Assembly: GCA_028534125.1 (NCBI GenBank)
Contig: CM052816.1
Span: 78,866,001 to 78,930,000 of the forward strand
Length of the DNA stretch: 64,000 bases
Direction: 5' to 3'
DNA from: Lama glama
Taxonomy: Eukaryota
The notes under the pieces are model-generated. The model did no database searches, was not told the origin of the DNA, and worked only from the letters and a program-made list of their open reading frames with translations. This document shows, in pieces, positions 11,810 through 24,689 of this stretch (positions are counted from its first letter, which is position 1; each line of letters opens with the position of its first letter). Position numbers and translations under genes: made by a program.

Positions 11810-13465
11810 TGCTCTATGTAGGAGTCTTATTCTATTTTGTATTACGCCCAAAGCCTAGCACACAGTCAGCATCAGTGTTCTTACTGAGAGAGATAAACTC
11901 CACAGTTCTAGACCATGTTCCTAGTTTCACCCACTCTGCTCACACCATTTCTTTACTAATATTAAACTTTAGTACCAAAAGCTAATTTGTTACAGATTTG
12001 ACCTTTAATTTAAAAAATCAAATGAATTTGATAAAGGCCACTTTATAACATTAATAAGTGATCATGTTTCATTTCTGAACACATATCCTCTCATTGGGAG
12101 ACACAGACTTAGGCTGTGACCATCTTTAACGGGGCGATCAGTAGCAGAGTGACAGCCACCCAGGTCCATGGTGCCATGATTTGGTGGCAGAAACAGCTCA
12201 CAGTGGACTCCCTCTTGGCCTGTTCCTCTTCCCTCCAAGAGGACACATCACACAGTAAAGGAAATCTCCTGTTCCTCCTCCCCTCCATCCCTAGGAGCCT
12301 CCCCAGTGCTGCCCAGCATAAAACAGTCTGGCTTTAGGGCAGAATCCAAAGCAATGGAAAAAAGCCACTTAGGAAAAAGAAGCAGACAAAAATACAGTTC
12401 TCTCTCTCTCTCTTTATTATATGGAGAGTTACAAAAACGTGCTTAAATGGCATTTCTATTACTTGATTTGAATACTAAACTCCATTAGCTTTTAGCTTAA
12501 CTCGTGATCCCGGTAACTGATGTTTATTAAAATTGAGGTTTGGGAATGTCTTTTGGGCTTGGGTTCAGAAGAAGAAATTCCTGAACTGGGTTGGGAAGCT
12601 CCCCACACTAAGAGCACGGTCGACCCTCCATTTACATCTGCAGCATTGAGGGAAGGACTGGAGGCCCCCTTTGCACCTCTGACTCAGGCGTGATGAGCAT
12701 TCCCTGGGCCTCCTGGAAGGTGAACAGCCAATGGCATTTATTCAGCTTTGAGGTTCTCAGTCTGTCAGCAATGAAGGCCTGCCGCTCTTACAGGATGTTT
12801 CTTTTTAAAACACTTGGGTTCTCTTCAAGACCCCAAATGGTGCAGGGAGGTCTGCATGCTTCCCTTCGCCCCATGGGGGTAACTGCCCTCTGTGACATGC
12901 TCAGGGCTCACCCTTGGAGCAGCGTCCATTTCCCAGGCTGCTGGGCAGGATTCCTGGCCAGAGGGCCGTGGGCTTCAAAGGCCCGGATGAGCTCCTGTGG
13001 CAGGTCAGCCGCTGGAAGTGCCTCTGATGTGAACAGACACCTGGACAAACACACAGGATGCCGTGTGCTTCTTTATTCCTGCTACTCATTTCCCTGAGTG
13101 AAATTTGCTAGAACTATCTTCTCAGGCCTCGTAACATAAAGAGGCTTTTGTGTGGTTGGGGGCTGGGGAAGACAGTGCATGTTGGATGAGAGACTGCTCA
13201 GGGCTAGATCTTTTATCTCCAGGTCCTCAGCCAGCCAGTGCATCTGGCCCCATAGTAAGTTCCAGAGATCGCAGTCCAGCAAGGGTGGGCACCTCGGGGG
13301 TCCCTTAATCCCTTGCCTGGTTGCAGTTAACCCCTCCTGTCATGGAAGATTTTCAGCCAAGCACCCATCTACAGATCTTCCACAGAACTAGGCTCAGCGC
13401 CTGATCCCATAAGAGCACAATGAATATTTGTCAAATGAATAAATGAGATACTGAATGAAACCACC

Positions 13466-13552
13466 TGTCTTAGTTTAGATTTCCCCGGAAGCAGACCAAA
13501 TCATGGAGTTTAGTGAAAATAGTTCATCTGGGAAGTGATCCCAGGAAACACT
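13466..13552 (-). mobile_element. LTR16-type LTR 3' end fragment
   Basis: 'tgtcttagtttagatttcccc.gaagcagacc...tgggaagtgatcccaggaaacac'. Confidence 0.7.
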
Positions 13553-13560
13553 ATTAAATG

Positions 13561-13594
13561 AAATATGGTATGATGTCACTTATATGTGGAATCT
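13561..13594 (+). mobile_element. 34-nt L1 3' UTR micro-fragment between 9-bp direct repeats
   Basis: 31/34 identical to the reverse complement of 30895-30928. Flanked by TTAAATGAA at 13554-13562 and 13594-13602. Confidence 0.7.
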
Positions 13595-13629
13595 TAAATG
13601 AACCATAATCTTTAAAAATTGGGAATCAA

Positions 13630-13768
13630 TGAGCTCATTTTATAGATAATGGGACCGAGGAGCAGAGAAGTGAAATGATTTATCCAAGGTCACACAGCTG
13701 GGCAGTCAGGACGGGATGAAGGCCCCCTGGTGCTTCCCTGGGCCTATGTCTCCAGCCACACTGCTGCT
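13630..13768 (-). mobile_element. MIR SINE
   Basis: 'cattttatagat...gagaagtgaaatgatttatccaaggtcacacagct'. Confidence 0.8.
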
Positions 13769-15689
13769 CACCCTAACCATTGCCAGGGGCCAGCGAGAAT
13801 GACCGTCAGGAGGTACGGGTACGATGTGTTACAGAACTGGACCAGCACAGGATGGGAGCACAGGACAGAAGCGGTGGAGAGGGAAGGAAGCCAGCCAGAA
13901 AGGCGTGCACGGGAGTCAGTAGTCACTGAGCACCGACTGTGTGCCAAACACCACGCGTTGGGGCTCGGAGGTATCTCATTACTCTTCACGAAGTCTCTGG
14001 AAGGTAGGTGTCATAGTGCAGTCAAACTTTATCCCCTCAAAATAAGCGTTCTTTGATTTTTTTTTTTTCCAGTCACCAGTCTCATCTTGTTCTGGAACTG
14101 CATTCCCACTCAGGAAAAAAAAAAAAAAGAATTCATAACCTAGAGTTGTCAACTTAAAGTAACTGAGTTGCCTAGGACTGACTCATGAGGCCAAACGTTT
14201 TACTTTGTCAACAGCTCAAGGCGAGTTACTTACATTTCCCATGTTCATGAAGAAACCCCTCTAGTGTGCCAAGGCAACCCTGGGTGCCTCTAATCCACAA
14301 CGCCCACCTCCATGCAAGTTCCAGATCCCTCCTCTGCTCACAACACTGAAGCTCTTCTTAAGACATAATACATTTTTCAAGATAAATATCATGTTAAATG
14401 ATTATCATCTTCTAACACCCCTAAAGGAATGAACTGATCAGATTGCAACAAGCAGAGAGCCGGTGGTGCAAGAAAAAGGGCCAAGGGCTCTGGTGGGACA
14501 GGGTGGGAGGGAGCAAGAGGAGGTATGCGGAGGATGTGCGAAGCATGACGGGCTTCCAGGAAGGGCATGTGTGGCCAGGGCTGTACAGAGACCCAGCATG
14601 AGGGTCTCGGGCAGGGAAGCTATGAGTAGGATGGAGTCCAAAGGCACACAGCAGAAGCACTTCGTGTGCGGTGGCCACTGGGGAGGGTGATGCTCACAGT
14701 TCAGTAGAGCAAATATTGGGGCTGGCACTGACTATCTTCAGAGCCAAGAAGTGGCCTTCTGGTCCTGTCTGTACTTACATGGGAGCCATCACCCGTCTCC
14801 TGACCCCCGTCCAAAGCTCACTGTGCCAGTGGCAGACGGCATAACCCGTCAGCGCCCAGGGGCCGAGGGTCCATTTCAGGCCCCATGCAGTCCTCTCTGA
14901 GCTGTGATTTCCTTTGATTCTGTTGTTCTTGTTCCGTCCGAGCGGGACTTCTGTTCCCATTCTGAAGGCCACTGTTAAGTCCTATTCACTCTCAATGGCT
15001 CATTTAGTTCAGTGGGGGTTTGGGTTTTTAGAAGGTTTTCTCTTTTAAATTCTTTATTTTTTTCCTCTTTCCCCTTTTAAAAAGGGGTCATAAAGAGCTT
15101 TAAGATGCCACGCATGAAAAGCTCTGGATAAATGCAGCTTGTACTGGATTGTAAAATACTGTATTGTTCCGAGCTTAATTCCTCCTGCGAGACTGGAATT
15201 GGTAATTTCCTCATCCCCGACCCAGGCAGAGGCTGAATAGCCGCAGGCGTGGATGCAGGGACGGCGCCCCACCTACTCCCTCCACATCCCCCCACCCCCA
15301 GCCCCAGGAACCCAGGTGGGAAGCCAGGGGTCTCTACGAGAAATTCTCCTTTTGGTCCACTTCTTATTTTGCATTAAGGTGAAAAATCACATTTTTATGA
15401 AGAGACATATCTCTGCTCTCTGTAGTGGCCCTTTGGGGCCTGGAGCGACTACTGTCTAGGTCACACCAAGTTATAAATCACTCTGAAAAGTCACCCTGTC
15501 TAGTTTGTGACCATGTTGGCTCATGTGGCGATTCCCCCCTCTCTGAGTTATGGAGACTGCACTGGCCCTGAAGGTCCCTTTTTCCTCCTTCGACGTCACG
15601 TTAAGAAGTGCCCAGTTTCATGCCAGCAGGACCAAGTGCCCTTCGTGCCTGCCACGCTCACCCCTGCCTCCTTGTCATTGTCTCGGCTG

Positions 15690-16010
15690 GTCCCTTGCCT
15701 GGAATGCTGCCCTTCCCATCTTCCCCTCTGGCTAGATCATGCATCTCTGCTTTCAATCCCTCCTCCTTCCTAAAACTCTCACTGCTTCTGACTCTACTGG
15801 GCTCCCTGCTCTCTGATCTCTATTGTAATCATGGTCATGATTGCACATCTTCTGGGCTCAAGTTTGGTGTGCATGTTAGATCGTCAATTTCTTGAAGGCC
15901 AGGCCTTTCCCATAGTTTGAATCTGTCATATCTGCTGTCCTATGTGTCCAGCAAAAAACAAAAACTTAATGAATTCCATTGTTGGTTTAATGATTGGTTG
16001 ATTGATTAAT
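15690..16010 (+). mobile_element. L2 3' fragment
   Basis: 'tcccttgcctggaatgctgcccttcc...ttcttgaaggccagg' followed by a degenerate (TTGA) tail. Confidence 0.55.
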
Positions 16011-17614
16011 TTACTGGTATTTGCCCAGACTGCACTTACTTTCGATGCTGAGGAAGTGTTTTGCCCAAGTGATCCCAGACATCAGTAGAGGTGTCCCTCT
16101 GACTCTCATAGGCTTACACCCCAACTCCTTCTCAGGAGCAAGATTCAGCCTCTGTTCCAGTTTCCAGAAAAATATCCATTCATGCTAAATATTGGGTTAG
16201 TCTTGGTAGACTTATACTGAACATTCAGGCTACACTGGCAGAGTGTAGCATTGCACCATCTTCTTCTACACATTATGCAGAATGACCACAGAGTCCTCGT
16301 GCATGAGTCTGTGTGCTAGCGACAGCCGGGGATCCAAAACATCCACTGGGGACTTCACTATGGAAGATGTCTAGAGGGATAAGAAAAAACCAAAATTTAT
16401 TGGGAAAATGAAGAGACGTTTTACTTATATACTACTTTTAATTGGCATGCAGAGGATACCAAAGACTCTATCCTCTTTCTGTTAGAAGCAACAAAAATTG
16501 CTCCCTCATCCCTTGCATAACAGCTTGTAGAGCATCGTCCGTGGCTTGAGGATGGTTCAGGGACGGACCGTCCACCTTAAGTGACTTACTAAAGTGTTCT
16601 AAATAAGTACCATATTTTCTCCAAGAATAATTCCAGGGAATTCACTTTATTCTCACAGTATCAGTATCCAGATAGGTTGAGTTTGCCATCTCTGGATTCA
16701 TTTATTGTAAGTGTTCATCAGAGAATGCAGCCACTAACTTGGGGGTCAAAGAGGTTCCAGATATTTTAAAACCTCCTTCCCTGAGCCTTAGCGCTGTGGG
16801 ATACAAAAAGTGAGGTCTGGGCTCCAGAAACACTGCCCAAAGGACTCCTGAAGGTCTGGGCATGTAAAAGTCAACAGAGTTCTCACCCTCCTCTCCATCA
16901 GGAGCTGTTCACGTGAGTGTCCGTGTGTGACTCTGGCTAAGGGCTGCCACTCTGTCCCCGCATCTGCTGGATTGGATCCCTTTCATTGCTTTCTTCCTGC
17001 TTCAAAGAAATAGTAGTTTTATAGTCATGTAATTTCAGGACAGCAGAGATTTGACGTTAGTTAAAAACAGAATTGGTGCTGGGTCATTGCTGTTGAAGCT
17101 ATAACACCATTTTGCACTTGCTTTCGAAAGGGCCCTCCTCTCAACCCCTGCTCCTAGGATCCCCTCTCTTGTTCAGCCTTTTGTGCGGCTCCTTTGGTTT
17201 TTCTGCTCCTCAGATGTGCACACAGTTTAAATAACATTCTTTCCTGAATTTGTCCTTCATTTCCCCAGCTTCTGTGCTTGGGGGCTCTCCAGCTCCTATC
17301 CTTTCTCTTTCTTGCTAGTTAGTGTTCTCTCCCCCATCCTTTGTTGACTCGCCAGTTTATTCAGCACTAGCCTCCCCCTTCCTCTCCTCACTGTTTTCCA
17401 TTCCTCACACTCCTCCTAAGTGACGAACACTCCCCAAATTGTGTGTGTGTGTTTAGGATCTAGGAGAATACAATCTGTTTTTGCTTCAACATCCCTGATG
17501 AGGTGGGAGAAGTGTATCTTCCTCCCCTGCAAGTTCTGCTAATGTCCGGTGCGGCCAGGTTGACACAGGGTCAGCTTTATGCACAGGCTAAGTAAGGGCT
17601 GTGTAATTTGCAAG

Positions 17615-18235
17615 GTGCTGGGAAGGTCATTGTAGCTACCGCCCTTGGCTGCCAACCCATCAGCCATTTGTCCCTCTCTTCTTTCTGATGGAACCCTGAC
17701 TTTGGATATGTGCCTCCTGTGCAGCCAGGTGCTTCAGAGGAGGTGGGCTGTACCTCCATTCCCCAGCTGTGAGTCATGATCGGTCTAATTGATCTTCAGA
17801 GTTCCATTCTCCTTGTCAGTGATTGGTTTAGGCACTGGCAAGTGAAACAAATCTACCCAATGAGAATGAAGGAGAAATAAGCTGGGAGGGGGGAGGCATC
17901 TGGGGAAGGTCATCCTCTATCACTGAAAAATACGCTGGAGAAATAAAAGACCTTCTGAATGCCCTTCTTAATGTTGTCTGGAGGCTGTGATACGAGAGCT
18001 GTTACAGCCATCTTGTAAACACGAGAGGACAAGCCCCAGGAAAGAGCCATTCTGCTGAGAACAGCAGAAAAGACATATGAAAATGAGTTGAGTCCTTGAT
18101 GGCATCCTTGAGCCATTGACCCTGTCTTATTCTGGACTTCTTGTTTTTGAGATAATAAATTTCCATTTTAAGCCATTTGTCTTAGCATTTTCTATTTCTT
18201 TCAACTTAAAATATTTTAAAAGCCATAGCTTTTCT
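17615..18235 (+). mobile_element. MLT1 (J/K-like) MaLR LTR
   Basis: 'gtgattggtttaggca', 'gctgttacagccatcttg', 'gagtccttgatggcatc.ttgagcca' and 'tctggacttcttg...gagataataaatt'. Confidence 0.8.
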
Positions 18236-18299
18236 GACACAAAACAATTTCTCCATACATATCATCTCTCTCCTGCTTAGCTTATGATACACAGATCAT

Positions 18300-18550
18300 A
18301 ATAATAGCTGCTAATTTCATATTGCTTTTCATGTGCTAGGCACTATTCTTAAACACTTTAGATAAAGAAACTCATTAAGCCCTTATAAAACTCCATAAGT
18401 TAAGTACTCTTTTATCCCCATTATACAGATGAAGAAACTGAGGCATTGAAAGGTTGAGAAAATTGCCAAAAATCCCACAATTAGTAAGAGGCAGTGGTGG
18501 AGCTGAGTCTGGACAGTCTGGCACCAGGATCCATGCTCTAACTGACTCCA
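18300..18550 (-). mobile_element. MIR SINE (near full length)
   Basis: 'atgtgctaggcactatt...atccccattatacagatgaagaaactgaggca...gtctggcacc..atgctctaac'. Confidence 0.85.
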
Positions 18551-19129
18551 TCAACTTCCAGAGGTTGAATGAACTGGAAGTTCTGCACCCTGGTTCTGTT
18601 GAGAGGGGGCACATCTGCTCTGTCCTGACCCAGGTTCAAATTAATTGCCTTGTTCTCCCTTGAGTGTAGGCCACTCCTTGTACCTCCTCCTGAGGGTTTC
18701 TTCTTCAAGGCAAGGAAGCTCATGCCAGTTCTTTTGGAGTGAGGATTGGTGGCTGCCTACTCTCTCTGCAGCTGAAGGTCCTGGGGCCAGTGACTGTAAG
18801 GTGTCTGGGAAATGTGACCCAGGGGTCACCATTCTCATGCACCCTTCATTGCTGGCAGGACTGAACCAGGATGAATTAAACTGGACATTGGAGGTTTAAA
18901 GGCTAGCCAAGAGCCAGAGGTGGGGAGTCTTCCCAGTTTCCCCTGGGCCTCAAGCTCAGATTCTCGTAAGTCTCCTCTGTAACTTAGGGGCCTGAGCTCT
19001 CCATCCCACTTAGTGGCCCCATCTAGAGGACATGGAAATTTGCTGCTGAAGCATCTTTAATAAATAACCTCCTGGTGCTATTTCCTCCTGTCCCCTCTGT
19101 ATCACTCGAAGTCCAGTTAGGAGACTACA

Positions 19130-19630
19130 CCAATTTGTTAAAGGGAGATGATTTAATAAATAATTGTTAACTAGGCTTGAAGAATTGAAAAGGCAAATAG
19201 ACAACACTGAGGTGGCTCAGAGCAGCAATTGCAGGAAGCAGCTACCATCCTTAGGGTTGTGGAGCACAGGAGGAGCTTGGGGCTACCGGAACATAGAAAC
19301 TTCGAGGAGAGGACTGCTCTGCTGGTGCTGCTGGAGCAAGGAAGTGTTGCTCGGATGCTGCTGACAGGACCATAAAGCCTGTAGAAGCCGAGCAAGAAGC
19401 AACCAGGAAGGAACAATTTCCTCCTGCCTCCTCCAGCCTCGTAGTCTTCCTCTGGTTCTCCCGATGCCGGAGCCACAGTCCACCACTGAGCCAGAGGACA
19501 AAGAACATGCAGGGCAGAGCACAGAAGAGAGCCTTTGACTCTGAAAGACAATAGCTCTCTCTCTTTTATCATAAGTAGGGGACAACTCAAGGGATTGCAA
19601 AGAGGACATGTATCGGCCGGATTTCACTAC
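19130..19630. mobile_element. Possible ancient LTR (family unresolved)
   Basis: 'atttaataaa' and 'cctcctgcctcctccagcctc.tagtcttcctctg...cagggcagagcacagaag' resemble old ERVL/Gypsy-like LTRs. The match is weak. Confidence 0.35.
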
Positions 19631-20229
19631 AATAATAAAGCTCTTATTTCAATTCTATAGCATTTCCCCTGGAGGTACAAGACACCAGTGAGGGGCTGCC
19701 ACGTGAAAAAGACAATGCTTTAGAAAAGTCAGTGCAAGAGGCTTTAGGTAGCCACATGGTAGAAGCTGGTAGATGGTTTGCTGTAAGAAAACTTACTGCG
19801 TATTGAGGGAGATTGCCATTAGACCTCCTCTGAATTTTAGGTAAAATAAAAGAAAGAATTAGATAATTAAGAGTTTGATAGCTATAGTATCATGGTATTA
19901 ATACTATCCTTCAAAATAGCATTTCTCTCTGACAAAAAAAGTTGTCCTCACTTCTTGAGAAGCTAAGGAGACTCCATCTCTACTTCTGGGGAGAGGGGTG
20001 TTATGTTCCTGTGTGAATGAACACGTATTAGGGACTTCTTATGTGTCAGACTCTCTTAAGTATTTTTGCCACTTACTTTCAGTGTCAAATTACGTTACTT
20101 CTTATGGCCCCATATCCACATCTATGAAATGAAGACAATACTGCTTGTTTCACAGAGTTAGGAAGATTGGGGAGATTCTGGAAAGCTCATAGACTAGTGT
20201 CTCTCATTCATTGTCTCTTCTTCTAGTCT

Positions 20230-20302
20230 CATTTACTTTGCCCTTCTATGTAAGTTTTAAAATCAGCCCGTCCACATCTACAAAATATTTTGCTGGTTTA
20301 AT
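20230..20302 (-). mobile_element. Small antisense L1 ORF2 fragment
   Basis: 'aagttttaaaatcagc..gtc...tctacaaaa...tgctgg' matches antisense L1M ORF2. Confidence 0.5.
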
Positions 20303-21237
20303 CTTCAAAAGTTAATCAATCTTCTAATATCTTTCCATGATTAAAAAAACTTCAACAAAACAGGAAAGAAGGGAACTTCTTTAACCTGACAAAGGACCTA
20401 TGAAAAACCCACAAATAATATCACACTTAATGGTGAAAGACTGAGTACTTTTCCCTGAAGTCAGAAATAAGACAAGGATATCTGCTCTTGGCACTTTTGT
20501 TCAACATTGTAGTGGAGGATCTAGCCAGGGCAGTCAGGCAAGAAAATGAAGTAAAAGGTATTCAGATTGGAAGGAAGAAGTAAAATAACCCTTATTCTCA
20601 GATGACATCTCATATATAGAAAATTTTCAGGAATCCATAAAAAATTTTTTTAGAACTAATGAACAATTTCAGTGAAGTTTCAAGATATAAGATCAAGATT
20701 CAATATCAATTGTATTTGTATATATTTTTCAATACAATAGCATAGAAATACTTAGGAATAATTTTAACAACAAAAATGCAGGATTTGTACCCTGAAAACT
20801 ACAAAACGTTTTTGAAAGAATTAATGAAGATCTAAATAAGTGAAAATATATCCTGTGCTATAGATTGGAAGACAATATTGTTAAAACGACAGTATTCCCC
20901 GAATTCACCTACAGATTCAACACAATGCCTATTGAAAACCAAGCTGACATCTTTATAGAAACTGACAAACATATGCTAAAATTCATACAGAAATGCAAGG
21001 AACCCAGAACAGCCAAAACAACTTTCAGGAAGAGGAACAAATGTGGAGATCTATCGTTACTGATATCATGACTTATAAAGCTACAGTTACCAAGACAACG
21101 TGGTAAAGATAGACACACATTTCAAAGGAACAAACTACAGAAATAGTGAACTGATTTTGAACAGAATGGCAAAGGCAGTTTAGGGGCAAAAGGAAAGCCT
21201 CTTCAACAAATGGTGCTGAGATACTTAGACACTCATA

Positions 21238-21280
21238 GACAAACAAACAAACAAACAAACAAACAACAGCAACAAAAAAC
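21238..21280. repeat. (AAAC)n microsatellite within L1
   Basis: Read directly. Confidence 0.9.
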
Positions 21281-22025
21281 TCACCTTAGATCTGCAGTTT
21301 ACATCTTATGCAAAAATTAACACAAAATAGATCATGTGCCTACATGTGAAATGAAAACTAGAACACTTCTAGAAGAAAACACTGGAGAAAATCTTTGGAC
21401 TTTGTGTTAAGCAGACTTCACAGATACGATAGACTGCATGATTCATATTAATAAATTGAACTTTTTCAAAACTAAGAACTTCTGGTCTTTGAAATAAAAG
21501 AATGAAAAGATGAGCCACAGCCTGGGAGAAAATATTTTCAGATCACGTATCTGATAATGGACTTGCATCCGGCATATATAAAAAACCCTTAAAACTCAAT
21601 CATAAGGAAATAAACAACCCAGTTAAAAAATGGGCAAAACCTTTCAACAGACATTTCACCAAAGACACAAAAGCCAAATAAGCACCTAAAAAGATGCTCT
21701 TTATCATGAATGCAAACTAAAACCACATTGAGATAGCACTGCATATCTATTCGGCTATCTAAAATTTAAAACACCAATTGTGGCAAGATTTGGTGAGAAT
21801 TTAGAGCAACTGAAACTCTCAAACCTGCTGGTGGAAAGGTAAAATGCTACAACCACTTTGGAAAACAAATCTGGAATTTTTTAAGTTAAACATACAGGCA
21901 CTATATGATGCAGCCATTCCACTCCTAGATATATTCCCAAGAGAAATAAAAGCATATGTCTGCACAAAGATTTGTAAAGAATTTTAATGATTTTATTTAT
22001 AACAGCCCCAAATAGGAAACAACCC

Positions 22026-22897
22026 CGTGGTATAATTTAAAAAAAAAAATGTACTTGGCCTTTGTCCCTGGTTCCTGGCAAAGGCTCCTAAAATCCTTGG
22101 AATTTTCTTAGTGATGGGAGTGTCTTTTAAAATTTATCACAAGTATCTTTTAATTAATTAATTATTTATTTATTTTTATTGATACCACAAATATCTTTAG
22201 ACTATGCTTGAGTTTATGCTAATGACATATCCCGTGACGGAGCCCCTAGCTGGCTTCTGGATGAGAGCTGGTCATCGGAAAGTCCAAACACATGATTAGG
22301 GTGTTAGAACTTTCAGCCCCACATCTGGACCTCCCTCCTGGGCAGGGAAGGACTAGGGATTCAGTTCAATTGTCAATGGCCAATGATTTAATCATAATAC
22401 ATAACAAAACCTCCATAAAACCCCCTAAACAATGGGGCTTGGAGAGCTCCCTGGTTGGTGAACACATGGATGTGCTGGGAGGGTGGCTCTCCTGGGGACG
22501 GGGTGGGAGCTCCACCCCCTCTCCCTGCCATTTCATGCCCTATGCATCTCTCTGACCTTCTGAGTTGTATCTCTGATAATAAACTCGTTATCATAAGTAA
22601 ACTGCTTTCCTGTGTTCTGTGAATCATTCTAGTAAATTATGGAGACTGAAGAAGGGGTTGTGGTAAGCTCTGAATTCGTAGTCAGCCAGGCAGAAGTGTG
22701 GCTGCCTTGAGACCCAGCTTGGAGCTGGTGCCTGAAATGGGGACAGTCTTGTGGGATTGAGCCCGTAACCTGTGGGGTCTGTGCAACTTCTGGGGTCTGT
22801 GCAACAGCTGAGTGTCAGAGCTGAATTGAATTACTGGACACAAGGCTGATACCAGAGAACTGGGAACTGGTTATTGGTTTTGGAAAAAGATGTCACA
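22026..22897. mobile_element. MER21-type solo LTR inserted in L1
   Basis: 'ttggcctttgtccctggttcctggca..aggctcctaaaatccttggaatt', AATAAA at about 22578, and an end at 'tgtcaca'. The 5-bp TSD AACCC lies at 22021-22025 and 22898-22902. The L1 text resumes across the junction. Confidence 0.85.
22151..22185 (-). mobile_element. Ultra-short retroposed tail with 13-bp TSD inside MER21
   Basis: CACAAGTATCTTT (22138-22150) / CACAAATATCTTT (22186-22198) flank a T-rich tract ending 'tttttattgatac'. Confidence 0.6.
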
Positions 22898-23449
22898 AAC
22901 CCCAAAATTCATCAATAGATGACTAGGGAAACAAACTGTTGTATAAGCACCGAACAGAATACTACTCAGCAATGAAAACAGTTAATACAGGCTACTCTTA
23001 GCACAGGCTAATGTGTATGAATCTTAAAATAATTCCACTGATTGAAAAAGCCAGACAAAAAGGAATACATACTATCTGAACCCATTTACATAAAATTATA
23101 GAAAATACTATCTAATCTATAGTGGCAGAAAGCAGATTGGTGTTTGCTGCAGAGTCGGGGGCAGAAAAAAGGATTACAAAGGTGTATGAGGTCTTTTTTT
23201 CGGGGGCATAGCTAATGGATATGTTTTTCATACTGAGTTTGGTGATGGTTTCACAGGTATACACATGTGTTGAATTTACCAATTTATACATTTTAAGTGT
23301 TTCAGCTTATTGTTTGTCAATTATATCTAAAAAATTTATTAAAAATTTTTAAATGACTGGAATAAAATGTATTCCAATGGTTAGCTTTGGATGGTAGACT
23401 TCGGGGGTTTTTGTATTTTTTCTTTATTCTTTATACTTTTATATATTTT

Positions 23450-23517
23450 ATTTATTTGTTTTTTTTATTGAAGTATAGTCAGTTACAATGTGTCAGTTTC
23501 TGGTATAGAGCATAGTT
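23450..23517 (-). mobile_element. Short young L1 3' terminus
   Basis: 'ttttttattgaagtatagtcagttacaatgtgtcagtttctggt' is the antisense 3' end typical of artiodactyl L1. Confidence 0.8.
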
Positions 23518-24689
23518 TCTATTCTTTCCTTTAAAGTTCCCTTCAGTGAGCTTGCATGGTAGGAAACAAAGGTATATAGTTAAAAAAGAAAAAAAAGGAA
23601 AAAAAGCAAGTGATCTGAAAATATTATCCAAGGCTAAGACAACATGATTAATTTTACAGGGACATTGTGAGCTAAGTAGTCCTTTCTGGGCTCATCTGGG
23701 AACCCAATCACCATTTATAAGGAGGGCACTGTGAAAAAAATGTACTCTCTGTTCCAAACACTGTTTTTAAATTGAACTTCCCAAACAGTTGTATTTTCTT
23801 TTTTTAACTCTCAGCAGCAGAATCCTTTATTTCAAGTTTTGTTCACAAGAGTTTCCTTTATTTTCTTGTGGGTATTTTTTCCATGTGAATGTAAAATGGT
23901 TTTTTAAAACTGAAGCAGTATTTGGTGTGGGAAACGTAGGTGAGGATGGATGCCAGAGAAGTGTTCTACTTGATCCACCAGGAGAAGCAGAAACAAGACC
24001 ATAAACATCGCACCTTGTCACTGCGAATGCCTGCCTCCTAGTTAATGCGGCCCTGGCGACAGAACCACTTGGTGAACCGTCCCCACCCTCCCCCAACCCC
24101 GCCACACACATTCTCCCTCAATTCCTAAACCTGGCAAACGGCAAATCTGAAGTCAGGCTCCTGTTATAGGAGCGCTTCTGTCCCATCAGTAGCGTCTATC
24201 GATTCTGTCCCACTGTTCTCATCAGACCTGAAGGAACACCTGTTCTCCAGCCAAGTTCTCACTCTGGGATCATTTTGCAGGCAATGATACACAAAGCAAA
24301 AAGCAGGATGAAAAATTTTAACTTGGTGGGAGTCATGCCAAATTAGGGGGACAATAATCAAATCCAACTGAATTTAGATTTGCTAGAACCTAAACAAAAC
24401 CCTTTAGCCCCTTTGGAATAGAAAATTTAGAGAATACTAAGAAAGCTTGGTGTAGATGTCACAGTGACTTTTCAGAATCACAAAGGTAGGTCTAAATTTT
24501 CCACTATTTATTGCCTTGGAAACCTCACACACTCTCAAAGACAACATGATCACACCTCAGTCTATTGGAAAGAGCTCAATCCAGATGATATTAAACCTTT
24601 TCTTCCCAAATAGGCTTCCTGTAGCATTGATAACATTATCTTGAGATTATTTCCCTTATTTCAAAGGGAAAACCTATCTTTTTCTTCTA

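Larger units (their letters stand above)
20330..23345 (+). mobile_element. L1ME1-like LINE-1: decayed ORF2 (RT and C-terminal part) plus 3' UTR, split by a MER21 LTR
   Basis: ORF 20865-21071 (NIVKTTVFPEFTYRFNTMPI...LKFI...K.K) aligns with L1 ORF2p '[20 protein letters not shown]'. The 3' UTR reads 'ctaatctatagtggcagaaagcagat...ggtgatggtttcacagg'. Many stops and frameshifts. Confidence 0.9.

Noticed and set aside
12690..13097. 135-aa ORF in unique sequence
   Set aside because: It has no recognisable domain, no exon structure and no coding-like composition.
16229..16249. Hairpin GCTACACT-GGCAG-AGTGTAGC
   Set aside because: An 8-bp stem is expected by chance in 64 kb and has no supporting context.
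20230..20330. Possible twin-priming 5' inversion of the L1ME1
   Set aside because: The antisense piece corresponds to a region also present in the sense copy (about 20935-20990), so it is more likely a separate old fragment.
20865..21071. ORF with real protein similarity
   Set aside because: It is a LINE-1 ORF2 remnant in a heavily disrupted element, not a host gene. The same applies to 33962-34165 and 34702-34920.
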